64,000 nt of DNA from an uncultured Sphingorhabdus sp. (GTDB taxonomy: Bacteria; Pseudomonadota; Alphaproteobacteria; Sphingomonadales; Sphingomonadaceae), in NCBI GenBank assembly GCA_963974765.1, contig CAXBEI010000002.1, positions 588,450-652,449 on the forward strand, in the 5' to 3' direction. The translations under genes and the position numbers were made by a program. Positions 9,390-16,415 of the stretch are shown piece after piece. The notes under the pieces are model-generated. The model had not been told where the DNA came from and did no database searches. It saw only the letters and a list, made by a program, of their open reading frames with translations. How positions within the stretch are numbered: position 1 is the first letter of the stretch; each line of letters opens with the position of its first letter.

Positions 9390-9926
9390 ATGCCAAAAGC
9401 AAAACGATCAGATAACTGGGGTTTCCCGAGATGGGGAAGCTACGAAAGCTCGCGCGAAACACAGCAGGTCAAGATTTGTGACCGGCACGGATGCGACGAA
9501 GCGGGCAGCTGTCCTGCGCCCAAATCCCCCAATAGTCCGGAACGCTGGCATTTCTGCCAGACTCACGCGGCCGAATATAACCGGGGCTGGGACTATTTCG
9601 AAGGCCTCGACAAGGAAGAGCGCAAGAAGCGCGAAGCCGACGAGCAACGCGATGCCAATGCCTATCAGGAAGCGGCGCATTACAGCTGGATGGGTTCCGG
9701 AGACGGCAGCCGTTCGCGCGACGAAATGACCGCGCTGGAAATTTTCGACCTGACGCCCGACGTTGAATTTGACACGGTGAAAAAGGCATGGCGGACGATG
9801 GCCAAGGAATATCATCCCGATGTCAATCCGGGCGATGCCGAGGCGGCCAAGAAATTCCAGGCGGCCCAGGCGGCTTATGATGTGTTGCGGATCGCCGAAG
9901 AACGGCGGGTCTGGAAACCGATTTAG
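9390..9926 (+). CDS. J-domain (DnaJ type III) protein with C-terminal J domain
   Basis: C-terminal VKKAWRTMAKEYHPD...KKFQAAQAAYDVL; Cys/His-rich N-terminus. Confidence 0.88.
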   Translation: MPKAKRSDNWGFPRWGSYESSRETQQVKICDRHGCDEAGSCPAPKSPNSPERWHFCQTHAAEYNRGWDYFEGLDKEERKKREADEQRDANAYQEAAHYSWMGSGDGSRSRDEMTALEIFDLTPDVEFDTVKKAWRTMAKEYHPDVNPGDAEAAKKFQAAQAAYDVLRIAEERRVWKPI

Positions 9927-9934
9927 CTTCTTTT

Positions 9935-9952
9935 TTCCTGCAAAGGCAGGAA
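9935..9952. repeat. Short REP-like palindrome (TTCCTGC-AAAG-GCAGGAA)
   Basis: Perfect 7-bp inverted repeat just after the J-domain gene; related to 50626-50658. Confidence 0.45.
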
Positions 9953-10076
9953 TGCGTCTCCCACCATTGCGGCAACCATAGCCTTTCGAAATGGCACCAG
10001 ACGATAGTCGAGTGTGAACCTCTACGAATATTTTGGACTGACGAGTCGGAGATGGATCCGTGCCGTCGCAGGGGGA

Positions 10077-10487
10077 CTAGTTGCTCTGCAACCGCGACGC
10101 GGTCTGTTGAATAAGCGCGATCATATTCGGAATGCCCTGGGTGCGGTTTGAACTCAGCTGGTTTTTCAGATCAAAAGGCTCGAGCACGGCAGCAATATCG
10201 GTGCCTGTGATCTGCTCGGCTGCCTGATCCTGTACCGTTTCCAGCACCAGCGCGATAATGCCCTTGGTGATCGCAGCATTGCTGTCGGCCAGAAAATGCA
10301 GGCGACCGTCATCCAGTTGCGTCGGATAGACCCAGACCGAGGCAGAGCATCCGCGCACCAGCGTCGCATCGGTTTTCAGCGCGTCCGGCATCGGATCAAG
10401 CTCTTTGCCCAGATCGATCAGCAGCCGGTAGCGGTCATCGGGTTCGAGAAATTCATATTCTTCGATCAGTTCGTCAATTTTGCTCAT
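10077..10487 (-). CDS. sufE: SufE family Fe-S cluster assembly sulfur acceptor
   Basis: DRYRLLIDLGK, VRGCSASVW (conserved Cys), ADSNAAITKG, LSSNRTQG. Confidence 0.9.
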   Translation of the reverse strand: MSKIDELIEEYEFLEPDDRYRLLIDLGKELDPMPDALKTDATLVRGCSASVWVYPTQLDDGRLHFLADSNAAITKGIIALVLETVQDQAAEQITGTDIAAVLEPFDLKNQLSSNRTQGIPNMIALIQQTASRLQSN

Positions 10488-10539
10488 GGGCAGGGCGGTT
10501 AGCAGGGCTTTGTTGAAAGGTCATCTGTTTAAAAGAAAT

Positions 10540-10612
10540 CCGTTCGCCCTGAGCCTGTCGAAGGGTTGGTTGCGCGCAATGATCGGCATTTCGACAGGCC
10601 CGGCACGAACGG
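10540..10612. repeat. REP/MITE-like palindromic element, intergenic copy
   Basis: CCGTTCGCCCTGAGCCTGTCGAAGG...TTTCGACAGGCCCGGCACGAACGG; its left arm is nearly identical to the element inside trmD. Confidence 0.8.
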
Positions 10613-10619
10613 CGCGTGA

Positions 10620-10853
10620 CTAAAGTTCGACGCCCGCCGCAATCGCTTCCAGTTTCCGAATACGCTCTTTGAGATCCGCCACCTCGATCCGAGATGTGGC
10701 GGTCGGCGGATTATCTTCGCGCCGCTGCTCGATCTCGCGGGATTTGAGGGCGATCCAGTCGCGCCAACCCCGTAGGGTCACGAGTGCGACCACCGTCAAT
10801 CCAATCAGCGAAAAAGCCGCGGTGATCATATAAAAAGCAGGTTCTTGCATCAT
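10620..10853 (-). CDS. Small single-TM coiled-coil protein, PspB-like paralogue 5
   Basis: N-terminal TM segment and C-terminal DLKERIRKLEAIAAG. Confidence 0.8.
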   Translation of the reverse strand: MMQEPAFYMITAAFSLIGLTVVALVTLRGWRDWIALKSREIEQRREDNPPTATSRIEVADLKERIRKLEAIAAGVEL

Positions 10854-10880
10854 GCTTGTCCTTCCACTTTCTGGACCGGC

Positions 10881-11141
10881 TTAGCGGTCGCGCAATTTTT
10901 CGATCTCGTTTTCCAGTTCCCGGGCACCACGATCGTCGGTGGCGATTTTCTCGAGCACGGCGACGCGTTCTTTGAGATATTTTACTTCTTCCTGAAGGCG
11001 GTCAGAATCCCGATTCTGCGCGGCAATCTCATTGCCGTGCTGATCTTCGATAATTCCATTTTGCGCCCGGTAACGGGTGCTGAGCACCTTCCCGATTGTG
11101 ACAACGATGATGATGGCTACAACCATTTCAAACGGATTCAT
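10881..11141 (-). CDS. Small single-TM coiled-coil protein, PspB-like paralogue 4
   Basis: TM segment and EEVKYLKERVAVLEKIATD...LENEIEKLRDR. Confidence 0.85.
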   Translation of the reverse strand: MNPFEMVVAIIIVVTIGKVLSTRYRAQNGIIEDQHGNEIAAQNRDSDRLQEEVKYLKERVAVLEKIATDDRGARELENEIEKLRDR

Positions 11142-11173
11142 CTAGATATTCCCTCCAGGCTTCGCGGACCCAA

Positions 11174-11428
11174 TCAACGGTCGCGCAATTGTTCGATTTC
11201 GCTTTCCAGTTGCCGTGTGCTGTGACCATCGGTTGTGATCTTTTCCAGCACCGCGACTCGGTCCTTGAGATATTTCATCTCTTCACGCATCCGTTCCGCA
11301 TCGGCGTCATGGGTTGCGGGAAATTCTCCGCGCATCTTGATCAGCTTTCTTTGATGACCTGTCCATATTGCGAACCCGGCAACGGCAAAGGCTCCGAACG
11401 GGATGAGTAGCGCGATTATGCCTTCCAT
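11174..11428 (-). CDS. Small single-TM coiled-coil protein, PspB-like paralogue 3
   Basis: TM segment and EEMKYLKDRVAVLEKITTD...LESEIEQLRDR. Confidence 0.85.
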   Translation of the reverse strand: MEGIIALLIPFGAFAVAGFAIWTGHQRKLIKMRGEFPATHDADAERMREEMKYLKDRVAVLEKITTDGHSTRQLESEIEQLRDR

Positions 11429-11440
11429 GATTGTGTCCCC

Positions 11441-11770
11441 TTAATTCGCGCGCTTGTCGCGCAGCTGTTCGATTTCCTGCGTAAGCCTATGGCTGTCATC
11501 AGTGACAATCCGTTCGACATTGGCGAGCCGGTCTTTGACAGATCCTAACTCGGCGCGCAGTTCGGCGTTCTCGTTGGTCAGCAATTTGACGCGTTCGACC
11601 GCTTCCTGATCGGTTTTGGGATAGACGGACTTGCCCCACTGGTTTTCCAAGGGATAGCCGTTCTTGATCCGCATCCAGGTGGTGACGACCCATCCGGCGA
11701 CTGTAATCGCTGCTACAGTGGCGATTATCGGAGCCAGCTCGGTGATCATGGCGATCTTTTCCGGATCCAT
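11441..11770 (-). CDS. Small single-TM coiled-coil protein, PspB-like paralogue 2
   Basis: TM segment, WMRIKNGYPLENQWG, KDRLANVERIVTD...LTQEIEQLR; start overlaps the upstream stop. Confidence 0.85.
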   Translation of the reverse strand: MDPEKIAMITELAPIIATVAAITVAGWVVTTWMRIKNGYPLENQWGKSVYPKTDQEAVERVKLLTNENAELRAELGSVKDRLANVERIVTDDSHRLTQEIEQLRDKRAN

Positions 11771-12069
11771 CAGTTCTTCTCCCTCAGTGCTTCGATTTCG
11801 TCCGCGGTACGTTTGGCGGGATCGGTGGCGATCCGCTCGAGCACTTGCAGGCGTTCCTGCAGGCGGTCGATCTTGCCGACCAGTTCTTCATTCTCACTGG
11901 AAAGCAGTTCTATTTTCCGCTGCTCGTCCGGGCTGGTCTTGGAGGATTTTCCGCCCCATTCGTCTTCCAGCTCATAGCCATGTTTGGCTCGGATCCAGTT
12001 GTTGATGATCCATCCTCCGTAGCTGACGGCGATGATGGCGATAACAAATTCGGGGCCTCCGAAATCCAT
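11770..12069 (-). CDS. Small single-TM coiled-coil protein, PspB-like paralogue 1
   Basis: TM segment, WIRAKHGYELEDEWG, ERLQVLERIATD...DEIEALR. Confidence 0.85.
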   Translation of the reverse strand: MDFGGPEFVIAIIAVSYGGWIINNWIRAKHGYELEDEWGGKSSKTSPDEQRKIELLSSENEELVGKIDRLQERLQVLERIATDPAKRTADEIEALREKN

Positions 12070-12092
12070 ATCGATTCTCCCTGTTCAGGCGC

Positions 12093-12476
12093 TTAGCGCA
12101 GATTTTCTATTTCGTTGGACAACGTCGTGTTCTTGCTGGTGTAGTAAAGCTCCATATCGGCCAGCTTGCGATCGATTTCCCGGAAGCGTGATTTGATATC
12201 CCGCGTTGTGCGGCGCGGTGACTGGCGCACGCCTTGCCAGAATTTGGTATCCTCCGGATCGCTCAGATACATGCCGATCGGTTTGGGCTCGGAAATTTTG
12301 GCCGCGATCCAATAGGCTATCAGCGTCCAGGGGAAGGCAAATGTTACCGTCGCGATGATGGCTGCCAGCCGAACCCAGGCTACATTGATCCCGGTATAAT
12401 CAGCGATCCCGGCACAGACCCCGCTCCATTTTGCGCGTTGCTTGTCGAGATAGAATTTGGTGCGTGAGGAGCTCAT
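12093..12476 (-). CDS. pspC: Envelope stress response membrane protein PspC
   Basis: FYLDKQRAKWSGVCAGIADY (PspC domain), one TM segment, C-terminal DRKLADMELYYTS. Confidence 0.93.
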   Translation of the reverse strand: MSSSRTKFYLDKQRAKWSGVCAGIADYTGINVAWVRLAAIIATVTFAFPWTLIAYWIAAKISEPKPIGMYLSDPEDTKFWQGVRQSPRRTTRDIKSRFREIDRKLADMELYYTSKNTTLSNEIENLR

Positions 12477-12781
12477 GAGGGATGCCTTTCTTTCTTCAGA
12501 AGCTCGTCAAAATTTTCGAGCGATGGGGCGGGGTCAGTCGACGGGCTTGGCAGTCCGGACTGACGCCAGTCCGGATTGTCAGCAGCCATGATGCGTTCAA
12601 TGGTTTCCATCCGGTCATCCAGTCGACGCGCCATATGGTGCAATTCTTCCAGCAGATTTTCATCTTCGTTGGTGATCGTCGCGGCGGTTTTCCATTTCGT
12701 GACATAATGAAATATCAACCAGGGTAGACCGATGAACAGGGTTCCCATTACGATGGGAATGATGATGAGTTCTTCCTGCAT
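12473..12781 (-). CDS. pspB: Envelope stress response membrane protein PspB
   Basis: LFIGLPWLIFHYVTKWK and RRLDDRMETIERIMAADNPDWR; lies between pspA and pspC. Confidence 0.92.
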   Translation of the reverse strand: MQEELIIIPIVMGTLFIGLPWLIFHYVTKWKTAATITNEDENLLEELHHMARRLDDRMETIERIMAADNPDWRQSGLPSPSTDPAPSLENFDELLKKERHPS

Positions 12782-13455
12782 TATGCGTCACCTTTTTTCA
12801 TAGCTGCCTTCATGGCTTCGAGTTCTTCATCAACCTTGTCGCTGGATTCCAGCGCGGCGATCTGGTTTTCCAGGCTCTGCGGCTCTCCGCCCATGCCCAT
12901 CGAGTCGGCGCGACCTTCGGCGAAATCGACTTGCCGTTCGAGATATTCGAACCGCGAGAAGGCATCGTGCACCTTTTCGCCATTGTACATTTCGCGCAAT
13001 TTCACGCGATTTTCAGCACTTTCGAGACGATTGACCAGGCTGCTCTGACGCGAGCGGGCTTCCTGCAATTTCTTCTGCAGTTTTGCGATGTCACCTTCAG
13101 ACGCCCGAAGCGTGTCATCCAGAACCTTGATTTCCGCTTTTAGCTCGTCGGCCATGTCGGCCGCCTTGCGCTTCTCTACCAGAGCCGCCTTGGCGAGGTC
13201 TTCCCGATCCTTGGAAAGGGCCAGCTGGGCTTTTTCGCTCCAGTCTTCGGTCAGATGATCAAGCTTGTCGATATGACGACGCATTTCCTTCTGGTCGGCA
13301 ATCGTGCGAGCTGCAGAGGCGCGCACCTCGACCAGGGTCTCTTCCATTTCTAGAATGATCATGCGGATCATTTTGGAAGGGTCCTGGGCCTTGTCCAGCA
13401 TGTCGGTAACGTTGGCGGCGATGATGTCGCGCGTTCTTGAAAAAATACCTGCCAT
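12781..13455 (-). CDS. pspA: Phage shock protein PspA
   Basis: MAGIFSRTRDIIAANVTDMLDKAQDPSKMIRMIILEMEETLVEVR followed by a long coiled coil; a GGAG SD precedes this start. Confidence 0.95.
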   Translation of the reverse strand: MAGIFSRTRDIIAANVTDMLDKAQDPSKMIRMIILEMEETLVEVRASAARTIADQKEMRRHIDKLDHLTEDWSEKAQLALSKDREDLAKAALVEKRKAADMADELKAEIKVLDDTLRASEGDIAKLQKKLQEARSRQSSLVNRLESAENRVKLREMYNGEKVHDAFSRFEYLERQVDFAEGRADSMGMGGEPQSLENQIAALESSDKVDEELEAMKAAMKKGDA

Positions 13456-13604
13456 GTACATACTCCGGTTACGTCTGTGGTTGTGTGTGAACCTGTTCGA
13501 GCCGTCGCTCCAGTCCTGTTCTACATCAACCTGGTGAATTTCGAAAGGTGGCCGGGACCTGACTTCGGCAAGGGGAAAAGAAGGGGTCCCGGCCATTTTG
13601 TCTG

Positions 13605-13781
13605 TCATGCTCGATAACCTAAGTTAACGAAAACGACAGCGGGGGAATCGTTCTGGGTTTTGGCCATCGTGCCTTCGGCCTGTGCCGGTCCGACAGCGCT
13701 GATCAAAATCGTCACGCCAAAAAGCAGGATCGAGATGATTGCGGAAATGTCGATGCGGCTCAATTTGTTCAGTGCTGGCAT
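13605..13781 (-). CDS. 58-aa small protein with signal-peptide-like N-terminus, probable first gene of the psp operon (absent from the ORF track)
   Basis: Hand translation MPALNKLSRIDISAIISILLFGVTILISAVGPAQAEGTMAKTQNDSPAVVFVNLGYRA*; GGAG SD 6 nt before ATG; directly downstream of the sigma-54 promoter. Confidence 0.7.
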   Translation of the reverse strand: MPALNKLSRIDISAIISILLFGVTILISAVGPAQAEGTMAKTQNDSPAVVFVNLGYRA

Positions 13782-13825
13782 GATGTGCTCCAGAAGTTGG
13801 TTTGTTTCGTATCTGAAACCTACTT

Positions 13826-13841
13826 TGCAGAACTCGTGCCA
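13826..13841 (-). promoter_or_regulatory. Sigma-54 -24/-12 promoter of the psp operon
   Basis: Minus strand TGGCACGAGTTCTGCA; GG and GC are separated by exactly 10 nt. Confidence 0.85.
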
Positions 13842-13848
13842 AACTGAT

Positions 13849-13861
13849 TAACATATTGATA
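13849..13861 (-). promoter_or_regulatory. IHF binding site
   Basis: Minus strand TATCAATATGTTA matches WATCAANNNNTTR; lies between the sigma-54 site and the putative UAS. Confidence 0.65.
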
Positions 13862-13914
13862 TATATGGAAATACTGAATTTCCCGGCATGTTGCATATAG
13901 TATTAATTGCTATT

Positions 13915-13932
13915 TAGTGGGATTTTGCACTA
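13915..13932. promoter_or_regulatory. Putative PspF upstream activating sequence
   Basis: Palindrome TAGTG-N8-CACTA about 75-90 bp upstream of the -24 element. Confidence 0.45.
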
Positions 13933-13942
13933 TATGTTGGCC

Positions 13943-14989
13943 ATGGAACGCGAAAGTCAATTTGTCGGGGAATCGGGCGCTTTTCTCGATGCAGTAGAAA
14001 AAGCCAGCCGGGCGGCGCAATTGCACCGTCCGGTCCTTGTAGTCGGAGAACGCGGGACCGGCAAGGAACTCATCGCAGAGCGGCTTCATCGGCTCAGCCT
14101 CCGTTGGGACGGTCCGTTCATAACGCTCAATTGTGCAGCCATGCCCGAGACGCTGATCGAAGCGGAATTATTCGGCCACGAAGCCGGTGCCTTCACCGGT
14201 GCAACGAAGGCGCGGGTAGGGCGGTTCGAGGAAGCCGACGGCGGCACATTATTTCTCGACGAACTCGGGACATTGTCGACCGGCGCGCAGGAGCGACTGT
14301 TGAGAGCGGTCGAATATGGCGAAATCACCAGGATCGGATCCTCGCGGCCGCAGCGGGTCGATGTTCGGATTGTCGCCGCGACCAACGCCGACCTGCCGAA
14401 AATGGCAGCAGAAAACAGATTTCGCGCCGACTTGCTCGACCGACTTTCCTTCGAAGTGGTCACGTTGCCGCCGTTGCGCGTTCGCGAAGGCGATATCCCC
14501 GTGCTGACAGATTATTTCGGCCGACGCATGGCGGCGGAACTGGATTGGCCATCATGGCCCGGCTTTGGCCGGCTCGCTTCAGAAGCGCTCAATCGTCACG
14601 ACTGGCCGGGCAATGTCCGGGAATTGCGCAATGTGATCGAGCGCGCGGTCTATCAATGGAATGACCACAGCAGGCCGGTCGACCATGTCGTGTTCGATCC
14701 TTTTGAATCGCCCTGGAAACCTCGGGAAACAAAACCCCAGCAGGAAGCCGAGCCGGATGCCCAGTCGGCAGCAGAAGCCTCGCCAGCGCCCGCTGCACCC
14801 GCTTCGTCCGAACCTGCGTTCCAGGATGTCGACGATATGAAAGCGGCGGTCGAAGCCTTCGAGAAACGGATATTGGAAGCTGCCTTGGCCAAATCGCGCT
14901 ACAATCAGCGGCAGACGGCCAAGGCATTGAACCTGACCTATGATCAGTTGCGCCATTCGCTGAAAAGGCATGATCTGCTCGGAACATGA
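13943..14989 (+). CDS. pspF: Phage shock operon sigma-54 activator PspF
   Basis: Walker A GERGTGKE, GAFTGA loop, GGTLFLDE, WPGNVRELRN, C-terminal Fis-type HTH; no N-terminal sensor domain; divergent from pspA. Confidence 0.95.
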   Translation: MERESQFVGESGAFLDAVEKASRAAQLHRPVLVVGERGTGKELIAERLHRLSLRWDGPFITLNCAAMPETLIEAELFGHEAGAFTGATKARVGRFEEADGGTLFLDELGTLSTGAQERLLRAVEYGEITRIGSSRPQRVDVRIVAATNADLPKMAAENRFRADLLDRLSFEVVTLPPLRVREGDIPVLTDYFGRRMAAELDWPSWPGFGRLASEALNRHDWPGNVRELRNVIERAVYQWNDHSRPVDHVVFDPFESPWKPRETKPQQEAEPDAQSAAEASPAPAAPASSEPAFQDVDDMKAAVEAFEKRILEAALAKSRYNQRQTAKALNLTYDQLRHSLKRHDLLGT

Positions 14990-15017
14990 AAAAGGGGGCC
15001 GCCAAGCCCCCTTTTTT
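14989..15017. terminator. Bidirectional intrinsic terminator
   Basis: AAAAAGGGGG-loop-CCCCCTTTTTT between convergent genes. Confidence 0.8.
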
Positions 15018-15043
15018 CTTTTATGCTTCCAATTCTTCCAGTC

Positions 15044-15607
15044 TTATCCGGCGTTGGCGTTTACCATCGCGTAGAACATGGGCAGTGACAGCAGGACATT
15101 GGTGCGCGAGGCCATCAGCGCGATTTTGCCTGCGGCTGCTTTTTCATCGGCTGTCGCCTCAACGATGCCCAGAACCTTTTTCTGTTTCGGCCAGATGATG
15201 AACCAGACGTTGGCAGCCATCACAATGGCGATCCACATTCCGACACCAATCAGCGTGAACGGTTGTTGCAGCGTCATCGCCTGATGAACCCAGCCGCTCG
15301 CCCAAGCGACATAAAGGCCGGTTACTACCGTGAGCAAAGCGGCCCAGCGGAAATAGAACAATACTTTGGGTGCAATATGTTTGCCGACAGCGGGTTTTAG
15401 CTCGTCCGGAATGGTCGGCATCAGCGGCACCTGAACGAAGTTCAGATAATAGAGTAGACCGATCCACAGCACACCGAAGAACAGGTGCAGCCAGCGGCCG
15501 ATTGCATTGCCGGTGACCATATCGCCATCCAGGCCAAACATCAGCGCGATTGCCGCAATCAAGCCGACAATCATCACCGCATTCAGATTTCCAAAAAATT
15601 TCGCCAT
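15044..15607 (-). CDS. Urate hydroxylase PuuD-like membrane protein
   Basis: RWLHLFFGVLWIGLLYYLNFVQVP, YFRWAA, NVWFIIWPKQK, ASRTN; four TM segments. Confidence 0.75.
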   Translation of the reverse strand: MAKFFGNLNAVMIVGLIAAIALMFGLDGDMVTGNAIGRWLHLFFGVLWIGLLYYLNFVQVPLMPTIPDELKPAVGKHIAPKVLFYFRWAALLTVVTGLYVAWASGWVHQAMTLQQPFTLIGVGMWIAIVMAANVWFIIWPKQKKVLGIVEATADEKAAAGKIALMASRTNVLLSLPMFYAMVNANAG

Positions 15608-15788
15608 TATATTCCCCCCAAGAGTTGATCCCCATTTAGAACATAACTTTATGCCCGCACCCTCAGGATGTCACGAAAAAATAGGTTTTTGACAATGCCG
15701 GGCGATCAAAGTGACAATTGTCCTTGCATCTTTTTCGCTATTGGTGCGTTTAGCCACCGTATCTCGACAAAAATGGAGAAAAGAGAAA

Positions 15789-16394
15789 ATGGCTTTTGAA
15801 CTTCCCCCGCTCCCATATGCGAAAACCGCTTTCGGAGATTTGATTTCCGAGGAAACATTCAACTATCATCACGGCAAGCATCACAATGCTTATGTCAGCA
15901 AGACCAATGACGCGATCAAGGGCACCGATAACGAAGGCAAAAAGCTTTCGGAAGTCATCGAAGCTGCTGAAGGCGGCCTGTTCAATAATGCGGCTCAGGT
16001 CTGGAACCACAGCTTTTACTGGTTGTGCCTGTCGCCGGAGAAAAAGGAAATCACCGGCGAATTGAAAGACCGTCTGAAAACCACCTTCGGTTCAATTGAA
16101 GACTTCAAAAGCAAGTTTAAAGATGAAGCGACCGGCCATTTCGCCAGTGGCTGGGCCTGGCTGGTACTCGACGGTGAAGAACTGAAAATCACATCCTATC
16201 ACGACGCCGACACACCAGTCGTTCACGGTGTCAAACCTGTGTTTACGCTTGATGTCTGGGAACATGCTTATTATCTGGATTACCAGAATGCGCGTCCGGA
16301 CTATGTCTCCGCGTTGCTCGACAATGCGATCGACTGGGACTTTGTTGCGCTGAACCTCGACGGAGACGGCGTCAGCCGCGCCGATCAGGGCTAA
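15789..16394 (+). CDS. sodB: Fe/Mn superoxide dismutase
   Basis: FELPPLPY, HHGKHHNAY, NNAAQVWNH, FASGWAWL, DVWEHAYY. Confidence 0.93.
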   Translation: MAFELPPLPYAKTAFGDLISEETFNYHHGKHHNAYVSKTNDAIKGTDNEGKKLSEVIEAAEGGLFNNAAQVWNHSFYWLCLSPEKKEITGELKDRLKTTFGSIEDFKSKFKDEATGHFASGWAWLVLDGEELKITSYHDADTPVVHGVKPVFTLDVWEHAYYLDYQNARPDYVSALLDNAIDWDFVALNLDGDGVSRADQG

Positions 16395-16415
16395 GCAGGC
16401 CGACGATGAAGAATT

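Noticed and set aside
13456-13608. 51-aa N-terminal extension of PspA from the ORF track
   Set aside because: The PspA family N-terminus and an SD lie at 13455, and the extension spans a hairpin. It is kept only as a possible minor isoform.
13624-13896. ORF-track 90-aa ORF upstream of pspA
   Set aside because: It crosses the sigma-54 promoter and has no coherent features. The 58-aa ORF in another frame has an SD and a signal peptide.
15635-15655. TTTAGAA half-site near puuD/sod as an Irr (ICE) box
   Set aside because: Only one half matches TTTAGAA-N3-TTCTAAA.
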